64,000 nucleotides of DNA from an uncultured Candidatus Saccharibacteria bacterium (GTDB lineage Bacteria > Patescibacteriota > Minisyncoccia > Phycocordibacterales > PALSA-1337): assembly GCA_964645315.1 (NCBI GenBank), contig CAZYBH010000004.1, positions 853 to 64,852 of the forward strand. Reading direction: 5' to 3'. Under the pieces are notes generated by a model, which worked only from the letters and a program-made list of their open reading frames with translations, searched no databases and was not told the origin of the DNA. Shown in pieces: positions 19,442 through 29,806 of this stretch. The position numbers were made by a program, and so were the translations under genes. The first letter of the stretch is position 1. Each line of letters begins with the position of its first letter.

Positions 19442-21199
19442 TTATTCTATTGGTTCGCGATACGGATCGCCTTTATTGGATGTGCTTGGTCTTGAAATTG
19501 GACTAGGAATTGGCTTCGATTGATCAGTGAAGACCTTGTCACTGATGAAATGTGGCTTTGCCGGCTCCTCCACTTTGTCTTCAAGCATTTTTTCGGCCTG
19601 TTTGAAGTTATTTGGATCACTGATATCTATCGAAGGACTATTTTGGGCGATTTGCGATCTGATATCATTCCTCAATTCTTCTTGACTAGGTTCTGGCTTT
19701 TTTTCTTCCACTTTTGGTTCTTCGGTTTTCTTGATATTTTGCTTATCAAGTAAATTGATCGATTCTGCTGGAGGATTGCTTTCTATTGCTTTTATTGTTT
19801 CTTCGGCGACCTTTATATTGGCATCTTTTTTTGGCTCTTCGGCTGGAATCTGGCTAATTAATTTATTTAGCTCTACATCAATTGGCTTGGGGTTTGGCGT
19901 TTGTACTGGTATTGATGTTTGTATTGGTGTTTCTGTCGGAGTAGGTATGGTATCTGGAGTAGAAACTGGTGCTTGCACAGGTTCTGGCATATGTCTGACT
20001 TCTGCTGTGTCTGGTCTTACAACTTCTACGGATTCTTCTGTTGGCAAATTTGCTGGTATAGCAACCTCCTCTTTTTGCGGTTTAAACTCGTTTGTTCCTC
20101 CTTCTACAGTATTTTTGACCGTTTCTTCTTCAGTCTGATGTTCTTTTATTGCATCGTATAAATCAAAACTTGGTTTTGCATTTTCATCATCTTCTATATC
20201 AGAGTATTCGCCACTTTTGTTATCACTTTCATTATTATCGACTTCACCTTCTTCTTCCTCTTCCTTATCTGACTTCGTTTCCGTGTATTCATTTTTTCCC
20301 TCATCCTCTTCAATATCTGACTTCACTTCCCCATCTTCAATTTTTTCTTGATCCGCTTCTACTGTTTCCTCGTTTTTCTTTTCTCTTTTGTCCTCTGCTA
20401 TCTTTGCACTTTCATCGGTGTTTTCTGATTTTGATTCTGTTTCTGTATTTTGCTCTTCCCTGCTTTCTTCATTTGCACTAGAAAAATTGTAGTAAGTATG
20501 AGGATCAAAGTTTGATGCAACTTCATTTTCTGTGCTTACTATCTTTTCCTCCGTAATAGGTTTAATTTCTTCAGCTTTTATTTTTTGTTCAGGAATTTTC
20601 GCTTCCTCTATTTTTGTAATTGGTACATCTACTTTTGGTTTTGGAGCAATGCTATAAGCTTCTGAAGCTTTTTGTTCTTCCATAGCTCTTTGTTTTGCCA
20701 AGTATTCCCTTCTCTCTTGCATCATTTCTAATTCTGTCGGTACTGTAGTTTCAATTTTGAAATCACCAGCGCTTTCGAGGTCGGCGTGAGGAGACTCCTC
20801 CGCATCTTCTTTATCAATTCTGCCAAATTGACCAGAATTGGTCTTATAAGTTTCATTTACAATTTTTGGCGATGGAGCAGTATGGTTTTCGGATGATCTC
20901 ATAGACTCTCTTATTGAAGAGAATACTTTATCGCTAATCTCGGCAGTAATAATTCGGGCTTGTTTTTCGCCAATATTTAGTTCTCGAGCTAATGTTTGAG
21001 TGAATTGATTTTGTGGTATCAAGCCGAGCATTACATAGCTAGTAACATCAAATAAAATATCCATTTGGTCCAAAAGCAAGCCAAATTTACTGGATATTTC
21101 TTTTATATTTTCTGCGACTTGCGGAGAAGTCATGGCGAATTTGACTTCATCTGGAAGTGAAAGAAATTTATCTTCTATTGTTGAATAATCGAATTCCAT
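19442..21199 (-). CDS. Protein with N-terminal helical domain, long acidic/Pro-rich disordered region and C-terminal DPYREPIE
   Basis: Long ORF, translationally coupled within the operon. Confidence 0.8.
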   Translation of the reverse strand: MEFDYSTIEDKFLSLPDEVKFAMTSPQVAENIKEISSKFGLLLDQMDILFDVTSYVMLGLIPQNQFTQTLARELNIGEKQARIITAEISDKVFSSIRESMRSSENHTAPSPKIVNETYKTNSGQFGRIDKEDAEESPHADLESAGDFKIETTVPTELEMMQERREYLAKQRAMEEQKASEAYSIAPKPKVDVPITKIEEAKIPEQKIKAEEIKPITEEKIVSTENEVASNFDPHTYYNFSSANEESREEQNTETESKSENTDESAKIAEDKREKKNEETVEADQEKIEDGEVKSDIEEDEGKNEYTETKSDKEEEEEGEVDNNESDNKSGEYSDIEDDENAKPSFDLYDAIKEHQTEEETVKNTVEGGTNEFKPQKEEVAIPANLPTEESVEVVRPDTAEVRHMPEPVQAPVSTPDTIPTPTETPIQTSIPVQTPNPKPIDVELNKLISQIPAEEPKKDANIKVAEETIKAIESNPPAESINLLDKQNIKKTEEPKVEEKKPEPSQEELRNDIRSQIAQNSPSIDISDPNNFKQAEKMLEDKVEEPAKPHFISDKVFTDQSKPIPSPISRPSTSNKGDPYREPIE

Positions 21200-23151
21200 T
21201 ATCTAATTAATTTTGCATTATCAATCATATCTTGTAGATCATCTGTTCCCATTTGTGTAATATCGGTCGATCCTGCTGGTCCCCTTGTTGCCGCAGCAAT
21301 TTTTGCCTGCAAATCGCCCTCCTCGCGTAAGTTTAATGGACTAGCTGCTCCAAACCTAGCTTTCTCTCTTCTAATGTCAACTTGAACAGTCTCAAGTTTC
21401 TTCTTAAGATCGCCAATTGCCTCCTTCTTTTTATCGAGCTGCTTTTGCCAGACATCGATATTGATTTTTGCTGCAGCTGCTTTATTTTTTCTAGCTATTT
21501 TTGTAAATAAAGTTTCCGGATTAGCCATTCTACCCGCAATTCTTTTGGCGTAATCTGCCTGTCTTTCTTTTTGCTTGTTTGTTACGGCAGTTCCTAGCTG
21601 TCTCTTGAGATTTTCAACGTTTGCTTTATGCATATCGGCCATAGCTGTTCGTCCGGCTGCCCTCTCAATCTTCTCCATTGCAGACTCATCACGAATTAAT
21701 TCACCAGCTTCTCTTTTCATTTTTTGTACAGCTCCCTCATCAAAACCAAGAGAATTAGCAAAGTCTGTTCGCTCTTTTACCTGTTTATCAAGTTTTTCAT
21801 TGTAACTTTTTGCAGCACCGCGCAAATTATTTAGGGCAAATTGGCCTAAAGCATTTTTGGCTGCAAAATTTTTGACACCTTCAAGATTTGCCAACTTGCT
21901 AGCGGCTCTTCCTCCTGTATTTTGCCAAGCAGTGGCACCGGTACTATTCCAAGTTCTATTTCCAATAGTTTTCCAAATAGACAAAGCATCAAACTTACCT
22001 TTGTACTTGCTAATTATTTGTGTAGACCAGCCACCCATACTCAAAGCAACGAAAAGCGGTAGGTTTAGGACGACAATAACTATAGCGAAATTTACACCGA
22101 TTATAATAAATGGAAGAAGCCAGTTTGTACCTGTCATAGATGCATCATTCAGTGTATTACCGGTATCGAAAAATTCACTACCATTCAGAATAGAAAGCCC
22201 GACATACATAAGTAGTAGATATGTAGGCAAAAATATCAATTGTGCTTTGAGTTGAGTGGTAAAAAATGAAAAATGCTTCTTTACATCTGGTAATACCATG
22301 CCCGCCCAGTGCATAGATGAAAAGGCTAAGAGGAAAATTAGAACAACGGTTCTTGCCATCACTGCTATGGAGGCTAGAAGGAAGCTAATTCCAGTGGTAA
22401 ACATCATGACTACTCCAGCTAGACTAATGAGAGCAATTTTGACTGGATTTCCAAGGTTTGTACCAAGTTTATTGCCATTTGAATCGTATATTTTTTGAAT
22501 TCTAAGACTATTCATAAATATATTGGAAATATTGGCTTTTGAGTCACTTGCGACAATAGATGTTAGATTATTATCTTTATCAATTTTCACAACATTGTGT
22601 GTTGGTAGTATTGCATTGTATATTGCCTGAGAGACAATATTTGAAGCATCGATACCTACACTTGTAATGAAGAAGCTAAAATTAACAAGTACACCGGCAA
22701 TTACTATGTTTTTTATGGTTTTGCCATAATTACCCTCTCCCCAACCAGTGATCATCTGTATGGCTGCATAAAGCAAGTAGAAGATAAAGGCCATACCTGT
22801 AATGTCTCTCAATATTCTCCAAGTAGAAAATACGGCTGGGGTGGCATTGACAAAGTCTTTTATATTGAGAGTTAATCTCATGGCAACATCGAAGATATAG
22901 GCGCAAAAACCGAGGAATGTGGCGGTCGTAGACATTGCGAAAACTCCAATCATTGCCACTAGAGAATTGAACATATCTTGCAAACTCTCCGAACCAAATA
23001 TTTTTGCAAGCACGCTATTTCCTTGATTGTTAACATTTGACTGTACAGCTGAGCCAGTAGGTTTGTCTTGAGCAAATACAGGTGAAGCAATAGCAAAAAC
23101 ACTTGTTATTATCAGACTAAATATTAAGATTTTTGCTAATGTTTTTTTCAT
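21199..23151 (-). CDS. VirB6/TrbL-like polytopic membrane protein
   Basis: WRILRDI, LVNFSFFIT...IDASN, several TMs, basic coiled-coil tail. Confidence 0.75.
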   Translation of the reverse strand: MKKTLAKILIFSLIITSVFAIASPVFAQDKPTGSAVQSNVNNQGNSVLAKIFGSESLQDMFNSLVAMIGVFAMSTTATFLGFCAYIFDVAMRLTLNIKDFVNATPAVFSTWRILRDITGMAFIFYLLYAAIQMITGWGEGNYGKTIKNIVIAGVLVNFSFFITSVGIDASNIVSQAIYNAILPTHNVVKIDKDNNLTSIVASDSKANISNIFMNSLRIQKIYDSNGNKLGTNLGNPVKIALISLAGVVMMFTTGISFLLASIAVMARTVVLIFLLAFSSMHWAGMVLPDVKKHFSFFTTQLKAQLIFLPTYLLLMYVGLSILNGSEFFDTGNTLNDASMTGTNWLLPFIIIGVNFAIVIVVLNLPLFVALSMGGWSTQIISKYKGKFDALSIWKTIGNRTWNSTGATAWQNTGGRAASKLANLEGVKNFAAKNALGQFALNNLRGAAKSYNEKLDKQVKERTDFANSLGFDEGAVQKMKREAGELIRDESAMEKIERAAGRTAMADMHKANVENLKRQLGTAVTNKQKERQADYAKRIAGRMANPETLFTKIARKNKAAAAKINIDVWQKQLDKKKEAIGDLKKKLETVQVDIRREKARFGAASPLNLREEGDLQAKIAAATRGPAGSTDITQMGTDDLQDMIDNAKLIR

Positions 23152-23152
23152 T

Positions 23153-24742
23153 TTATTGAACGTAACCTATACACATATAATTGTATTGACTCAATCTACC
23201 ATCGAGTTCCCTTGCTTTTGCTCTTGCTTCTGCAAGTTCGGTATCTGCCGAATCTATCTTAGATATCACACTAGCACCTCCGTTTGTAAGATAATCTGTA
23301 TACTTTACTGTTTGAGGTTGAATTTGATTTGAAGGATCATTTTCTACAGCATTGAGCATATCTTGAAGAGTTTTCTTTTCTTTCATACCGTCGTCATATT
23401 TCTTTTGATATTTTTGAATTAGAGGATCAATTTCATTGAATACAGTATTATCTATATCAGTAAGACCACCATTGAATCCTGTGCTATTTTGTCGTTCTGC
23501 AAGGCAAGATCTTACCGAGGTATATTTATTTCTTATAGCTGTCAATTCTGCTACAGCTACTTTATATTGATCTGTATACTTCGGAACTTGGGCTATAGAA
23601 GTGCTTATCGAATCCTTAAGCGATCCGGCTGTGTTCTTTAGAGCTTCTTGAGAGCTAATTTCTTTTGCCATAATTGATGAAGCAGAATTACTACCTCCAG
23701 AACTAAAGTTTTTCAAACCGCCACCCAAAACTTCCATTGTTAGTCTTGATACTAGTGCGGAGATGATTGCGTTTATATCATTTGCAAGCTCGAGTTCTAC
23801 AGTTGGAACATTGAGGCTTGTGTGTAGCTGATTTGCAATGACCGAACCTGGAGTCTGTGTTTCGCAAGTCTGGACTGTCTCAGTACCATTTTTATTTTTC
23901 TTGACTCTAGTACCAGCATCATTGCCTACAATGCCGTTAACTTCTTGTACTTGACCTGCATCTTCAGGATCATAAGTACCACCGGGCACATCCTTACAGC
24001 TTTGCCATGACATGAATCCTTGACCAAGCTGGAGATCGGCTCTTATAACATTTTGTCTTGAATTTATCCTTGCATCCAAATCAGCTTGAGCAGAAAGGAA
24101 TGCTCCATAAGGATTGTTTTGTGGTTCGGTAGTGAGAGCGAGGAATGCTGGCCAGCCACCTTGATTGAAATCACCTTTTAGGAATCCATTGTATGAGCTA
24201 TTGCTTGATCGTACTACTTTGCCATTTACTATTATGTCCGGACCATTCTTCTGGGCTTCTATTATTTTGCCAACCGTACATGTATATCTTTCGGTTGTCA
24301 GATTTGTCTTGCTTAGAGCAAGTGAAAGTCTAATATCTATTGCAAAAGGTGAACAGAGTGCTGATAGTGGTCCATTTGTAGCTAAGAATGCTCCGGTCAC
24401 TTGATCTGCGGCATCTAGGAAAAATGCTCCAGGATTGGACAAAAATGCTGGACTTCCCTCAAAGCCGTGATTTATCCAGTTGATGACATCTAGAGTAATT
24501 TTGTGTAATAGTTGTTTTGCTGCCAAAACCGCTGCTTTGTTTAGGACGAAATCTTTTAGATGGGTCCAAGTCAAGTTTAGGTAATTGGAAATACCTGTTG
24601 GGCTAGTATCTGCATTGACTATTACGCTATCTGCAACTCCGGCAACAGCATGAACTCTTCCAATATTTACAAATATGCTAGAAATAAAAATTGACAATAC
24701 AAGCAGTTTTAATATTAATTTTTTTGTTGAGGAAAAATTCAT
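23153..24742 (-). CDS. Secreted T4SS-cluster protein
   Basis: Signal peptide, WINHGFEGSPAF, GGW..F...PQNNPYG, TPGSVI motifs, paired Cys. Confidence 0.75.
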   Translation of the reverse strand: MNFSSTKKLILKLLVLSIFISSIFVNIGRVHAVAGVADSVIVNADTSPTGISNYLNLTWTHLKDFVLNKAAVLAAKQLLHKITLDVINWINHGFEGSPAFLSNPGAFFLDAADQVTGAFLATNGPLSALCSPFAIDIRLSLALSKTNLTTERYTCTVGKIIEAQKNGPDIIVNGKVVRSSNSSYNGFLKGDFNQGGWPAFLALTTEPQNNPYGAFLSAQADLDARINSRQNVIRADLQLGQGFMSWQSCKDVPGGTYDPEDAGQVQEVNGIVGNDAGTRVKKNKNGTETVQTCETQTPGSVIANQLHTSLNVPTVELELANDINAIISALVSRLTMEVLGGGLKNFSSGGSNSASSIMAKEISSQEALKNTAGSLKDSISTSIAQVPKYTDQYKVAVAELTAIRNKYTSVRSCLAERQNSTGFNGGLTDIDNTVFNEIDPLIQKYQKKYDDGMKEKKTLQDMLNAVENDPSNQIQPQTVKYTDYLTNGGASVISKIDSADTELAEARAKARELDGRLSQYNYMCIGYVQ

Positions 24743-25608
24743 TATTTTTTATTTGTAATGAAAACCAAGCCATACTGATCAAATATAGTCTTCATATCAT
24801 CGACGGCCGAGCTGACTTTTTGGATTGAATCTAATTCGTGTCTGATGCCATTTAGAGCAGGAAGAGGATCTTTCTCTATATTTCTGATTACTTTTGCATT
24901 ATATATCTGCATCGAGACACCGTTTATAAGATTAAGATGTGGCAGTGCGAGCGTCTCTGGTACAGTGAGTGATTTGAGGCTATTGAGAGTTTTTTGGTAG
25001 CCAGAGATTATAGGATCGATATCCTTCAACAATTCCATATTGTCGGTTTCAAGAGCGCTCGTGACTATCTCTGCTTCATTTTTGTCAGGCATCCATTTGC
25101 TCAAAATACTCATGAGAGTTTCGGCGTAGTTTTTTATTGATTGAGCATCATTTGCATTTGGATTTATTTTTATGTCTTTGAGATCATAAACTTTTGCCCC
25201 GTCCATTTTGTCCAAACTTTCATTGATCAGTTGATTGGTTACTGATTCTACGGCACTGGCATTGTTGTTTAGGCCGGATTGTCTAAGTTCTGCGTATTTT
25301 GTAAAGAAATTTCTACTGAAAACTTCTGTGGCGGTTAGTTTTTGGTTTTGATTGGATTTGCTTATGTCGGTGGCTTTTTTTGTATCGACTTTTTGTTGTT
25401 TTTGATCGAAGAATTCTTTTTGCCAAGGCTCTTCCTTGAAACTTGTATCTTCTTTGACATTTATGATTGGTTTTACAGATTCGTTTTTGAATGAAACCTG
25501 TTTTGAGGAAGAAGGAAGGCCGTTTATCGCTATGTATGTACCAATAACAAAGAAGCCTGAAACAATAAATGTAATAAAAGTTTGGCTGCGTGGGTAGTAT
25601 TTAGCCAT
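24742..25608 (-). CDS. Membrane-anchored helical protein
   Basis: Single TM then helical domain (VPETLALPHLNLIN); start at ATG 25608 after TGc-TATAAT. Confidence 0.75.
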   Translation of the reverse strand: MAKYYPRSQTFITFIVSGFFVIGTYIAINGLPSSSKQVSFKNESVKPIINVKEDTSFKEEPWQKEFFDQKQQKVDTKKATDISKSNQNQKLTATEVFSRNFFTKYAELRQSGLNNNASAVESVTNQLINESLDKMDGAKVYDLKDIKINPNANDAQSIKNYAETLMSILSKWMPDKNEAEIVTSALETDNMELLKDIDPIISGYQKTLNSLKSLTVPETLALPHLNLINGVSMQIYNAKVIRNIEKDPLPALNGIRHELDSIQKVSSAVDDMKTIFDQYGLVFITNKK

Positions 25609-25664
25609 GCTATAAAGAATTATAGCAAAGAACCAAGCAAAATCGTATTTTTCTGTGGACAGTT

Positions 25665-26456
25665 TTATTGAATTTCTTTTGCAATCAAAAACCAAGTCTC
25701 AACTGCTATTTCCTCTGCCCTAATTTTGGGATTAAGATTCAATTTTTGCCATATCGAGGCCAGCTTTTCTTTATTGGAAATGAAATTTTCGAGATTTTTT
25801 ATGGCAAATTTCCTCTTGTGAGCAAAAGCGGACTTGATCATTTGGAAAAAGGAGGAAATTTGGATATTTGATCTCTTGAATTGTTCGTCATTTATATCTT
25901 CTATTGATAAAATTGCAGAATCGACTGTTGGTGCTGGACTAAAAGCATTTCTCGATACTTTTGAGATGATCTTTGGTCGACCAAACGCTTTGACTGATAT
26001 AGATAGTATACTTTCTTTATTATCTTTTGTAATAATCCTATCGGCCACCTCTTTTTGGACTAGAAGAACCATTTTTGTAGGCCTTTTTTGACCTTCAAGA
26101 AACTTTTCTAGTATAGCTCCAGTAATATAATAAGGGATATTGGCTATAACCTTGAACGCAGAATCAGGAATATGGCTATCTGAAATCAAAATATCATCCT
26201 CAATAAGCTTTAATTGGTCATTATTTATATAATTGCTGAATTTTTGATCAAGTAAAGCTATTGCCCTACTGTCTTTTTCGATGGCTATGACTTTTGCTCC
26301 AGCATCGAGTAATCCTTGAGTCAAAATGCCCGTTCCGGGGCCAATTTCCAAGATAATTTCGTCTTTTTGAATGTTTCCAGCGGAAATAATCTCATCAAGA
26401 GCTTTTTTTGATGTTAGGAAATGTTGCCCCAGAGTTTTTTTTGCTTGCAAATTCAT
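25665..26456 (-). CDS. rsmA: 16S rRNA m6(2)A1518/1519 dimethyltransferase
   Basis: KKTLGQHFL, LEIGPGTG, ANIPYYIT, QKEVA, PAPTVDSA. Confidence 0.96.
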   Translation of the reverse strand: MNLQAKKTLGQHFLTSKKALDEIISAGNIQKDEIILEIGPGTGILTQGLLDAGAKVIAIEKDSRAIALLDQKFSNYINNDQLKLIEDDILISDSHIPDSAFKVIANIPYYITGAILEKFLEGQKRPTKMVLLVQKEVADRIITKDNKESILSISVKAFGRPKIISKVSRNAFSPAPTVDSAILSIEDINDEQFKRSNIQISSFFQMIKSAFAHKRKFAIKNLENFISNKEKLASIWQKLNLNPKIRAEEIAVETWFLIAKEIQ

Positions 26457-26531
26457 TGTTTTATCTTAACTTATATTTATGATTTGTGAATGGTATTTTC
26501 AAATACAACTCTATTTCAATCTATAAATATT

Positions 26532-28466
26532 TTAAAAATCTATAAAAATAGCTTTGACTCCAGATGGTTTCTCTACCACACCCTCTTCAATCAGATTTTT
26601 CTCAATATCTTGGATGAATTCTGATGGATTATTGACTTTTTGGGCACCATAAACGCTTCTGATAAGAGCATAACTCAAAAAAACTTTTTTCTTGGCTCTA
26701 GTCAAGGCTACATAGAACAATCTCCTTTCTTCTTCCTCTTCATTTTTATTTATCTCTGCTTCGTCCATGTGTTTGTATGGGAATAGATCTTGTTCCATGC
26801 CAGCAATGAAGACATATTCAAACTCTAGACCTTTCGAAGCGTGGATGGTCATTAGTTTTACGGCGTTTTCATTTTTTTCTAAATCGTCTTGATCGGTGGC
26901 AAGCGCAGTGTTTGTAAGAAGAGCTTGTATACCCTCTTCACCGATTAGTGTGTCATATTGTGAAGCTACGCTGACCAATTCGCGAACGTTTAGCAACCTT
27001 TCTTCACCTTCACTATCACCTTCCCTCAATGATTTCTCAATTCCAGTTTCTTGGATGATAAATTTTATAACTTCACTAGGTTTTTTATTTTGAGCTTCAG
27101 TTTTTATATCATCAAGTAATTTCCAAAAATTACTGATTTTGATTTGCATATTTTGGGGTAAGTCGGCTGTATTGTTTGAGGCTACCTTTGCTATAGTAGC
27201 TTTGCCTATACCACGCACTGGGACATTGATTATCCTATTTATATCGCTCCAACTATCGCGATTTAGAGCAGATCTTAGATAAGATAAGACATCCTTGATC
27301 TCTTTTCGATCAAAGAATTTTGTACCAAGCATTTGGTATTTGATATTTTTTTTGATGAAGGCTTCTTCTATGGCTCTAGATTGGAAGTTTGTCCTGTACA
27401 AAACTGCTATTTCTCTAGGATCTACACCTTTTTCTACTAGATTTCTTGCTTCATCGGCTATATTTCTGGCCTCATCTGTCTCGGTATATGAAGTAGAAAG
27501 TGAAATCTTCTCACCACCGTCATTGTCTGTATATAGATTTTTCTTTTTGCGCAGTTTATTTTGTTTGATTATTCCATTTGCCGCCTCCAAGATTATTTTT
27601 GTCGAACGGTAGTTCTTTTCTAGGGTTATAACGCTTGCATTTGGATAATCCTTTTCGAAATTTAGAATATTTTCGATTGTGGCACCTCTCCAACTATAGA
27701 TATTTTGATCGGCGTCACCGACTACGCAAATATTATTGTGAAATTGTGTCAAATACCTAACTATCTTGTATTGGACGCGGTTTGTATCTTGATATTCATC
27801 GACATGGATGTATTTCCAGGTCTCACTGTATTTCTTTTTTACTTCCGGATGACTTTCCAATAAATTTGCTGTTTTCAATAACAGATCATCGAAGTCCAAA
27901 GCTTTTTCTTTTGCCAATTGATTGTCGTATTTTTCCCAAACTTCGGCGACAACTTCTTCCATATAGCCTTTTGCATGATCTTTGTAGGTCAATAGATTGA
28001 TACCATCACCTTTTGCTCTTGAAATCATATTTAATATTATTCCCGGATCGTACTGTTTTGGGTCAAGAGAAAGGTTTTGGAGAGATTCTTTGATAACTCT
28101 TTTTGAATCTGATCTATCAAATATGGTGAAGTTTTTGTTTAGGCCAAGCAAGATGGAATTTTCACGAATGATATGTACTCCAAGTGCATGGAATGTACTA
28201 ATAAAGGGTCTTTCGGCAAAAGAAATAGGGCGATTTAGCTCTTTGTCTCTGGAAAGAGCATGATTTACCCTCTCTCGCATCTCGCTCGCCGCTTTATTTG
28301 TAAAGGTTATAGCCAAAATATTGAATGGAGCAGTGCCAGACTTAATAATATTTACGATCCTTTCGGTTATTACTCTGGTCTTGCCTGTGCCCGCTCCAGC
28401 GACAATGAGCACCGGTCCCTCGGTCGTTTTTACTGCTTTTTCTTGTGCTTCATTTAGATTTTGCAT
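26532..28466 (-). CDS. pcrA: UvrD/PcrA-family DNA helicase
   Basis: AGAGTGKT, TFTNKAA, VDEYQD, VGDADQNIYSWRGA, NYRS, TIHASKGLEF, EERRLFYVALTRA. Confidence 0.95.
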   Translation of the reverse strand: MQNLNEAQEKAVKTTEGPVLIVAGAGTGKTRVITERIVNIIKSGTAPFNILAITFTNKAASEMRERVNHALSRDKELNRPISFAERPFISTFHALGVHIIRENSILLGLNKNFTIFDRSDSKRVIKESLQNLSLDPKQYDPGIILNMISRAKGDGINLLTYKDHAKGYMEEVVAEVWEKYDNQLAKEKALDFDDLLLKTANLLESHPEVKKKYSETWKYIHVDEYQDTNRVQYKIVRYLTQFHNNICVVGDADQNIYSWRGATIENILNFEKDYPNASVITLEKNYRSTKIILEAANGIIKQNKLRKKKNLYTDNDGGEKISLSTSYTETDEARNIADEARNLVEKGVDPREIAVLYRTNFQSRAIEEAFIKKNIKYQMLGTKFFDRKEIKDVLSYLRSALNRDSWSDINRIINVPVRGIGKATIAKVASNNTADLPQNMQIKISNFWKLLDDIKTEAQNKKPSEVIKFIIQETGIEKSLREGDSEGEERLLNVRELVSVASQYDTLIGEEGIQALLTNTALATDQDDLEKNENAVKLMTIHASKGLEFEYVFIAGMEQDLFPYKHMDEAEINKNEEEEERRLFYVALTRAKKKVFLSYALIRSVYGAQKVNNPSEFIQDIEKNLIEEGVVEKPSGVKAIFIDF

Positions 28467-28715
28467 CGTATAAGTCTATCATATTTATTTTTTTATTTTT
28501 TAAATAAAATTATAGCAACGAAAATTGACCAAGTATCAAATATTGTGTCTGTGTATAATGGTTATTGACTTTGTTTATGACCTTGCTAACCTATTGAGGT
28601 GTCAATATGATATATTGATACTATACGGCTTAGTAGAGCCATATCGCAATTTTAAAGATTTAGCATTTTGGATGAATTAACTGCTTTCGGCTATTGATAA
28701 AGTTTGCGATTTGTT

Positions 28716-29804
28716 ATGAAATATTCTATTAAAAACTTAAGAAAAATAAAAATAAATCCTCATATAAGGATTCCACTTTTTCTATTTATTTTTTTACTTT
28801 TTGCTTTAATTGGTTTTAATTCAAATCAGCAACAGTTCGCCTATCAGTATTTATCGATTTCCAAACCAGTTATAGCAAAATCGATTACTACAACTAGATT
28901 AACTTCCCAAAACATCCCCCTCCCTATTGTTGCAGTCAATATCGATCCAAACCCTGAGAAAAAGTACGAAATCATCCCTGTGGTCGGTGGCAAAACCCTT
29001 GCTTCTGATTTGGCCAGTGCAAATATCAATCAAAATGATTCAAATATTATTAGCGTGTATACAGTAAGAGAGGGAGATACGATTGATAGCATCGCAAAAA
29101 TGTTTGGTGTTTCTGTGAACACTATTATTTGGGCAAATGATTTGGTCAATAAAAAAGATATTAAAGTTGGCGATAATATTACTATCCTTCCAGTCTCTGG
29201 TATCAAGTATTCAATAAAAAAGGGTGACAATATCGAGTCAATTGCCAAGAAATATAATGCAGATATCGATGAAATTTATAAATTCAATGATTTGGATAAA
29301 AATACCAAGCTATCGATCGGTATGAGTATTATTATCCCAGATGCTGAATTATCTTTTGGATCAAATGGAGTTGTCCGTGCTTTGAATGGCATGATCGTCC
29401 CAGATGATCCTCTTTTGGTTAATGTTCGAAAACTAGCTGATCTTGAAGATTATTATTCTTGCCCAGTTGTAGGAAGGTTGACTCAGGGATTACACGGTAG
29501 AAATTCGGTTGATTTGGGTGCACCGATAGGTACAGCAGTACACGCTTCCGCAGAAGGAAGTGTTACGGTTAGCAAAAATTCTGGTTGGAATGGAGGTTAC
29601 GGTAATTTCGTTGTAATCTCTCATCAAAACGGCACCCAAACTCTTTATGCTCATATGCAAAAATCAGTTGTATCGATCGGTGATAAAGTAAAAAGCGGTG
29701 ATATTATAGGCTATGTCGGTGTTTCTGGTATGACGACTGGTCCGCATCTTCATTTCGAAGTTAGAGGAGCAAAGAATCCTTTTGCGGGCAAAAAGTGTAT
29801 ATAA
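28716..29804 (+). CDS. LysM x2 + M23 peptidase (cell-wall hydrolase)
   Basis: YTVREGDT and YSIKKGDN LysM repeats; HGRNSVD, YAH and HLHFEV M23 motifs. Confidence 0.92.
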   Translation: MKYSIKNLRKIKINPHIRIPLFLFIFLLFALIGFNSNQQQFAYQYLSISKPVIAKSITTTRLTSQNIPLPIVAVNIDPNPEKKYEIIPVVGGKTLASDLASANINQNDSNIISVYTVREGDTIDSIAKMFGVSVNTIIWANDLVNKKDIKVGDNITILPVSGIKYSIKKGDNIESIAKKYNADIDEIYKFNDLDKNTKLSIGMSIIIPDAELSFGSNGVVRALNGMIVPDDPLLVNVRKLADLEDYYSCPVVGRLTQGLHGRNSVDLGAPIGTAVHASAEGSVTVSKNSGWNGGYGNFVVISHQNGTQTLYAHMQKSVVSIGDKVKSGDIIGYVGVSGMTTGPHLHFEVRGAKNPFAGKKCI

Positions 29805-29806
29805 AT

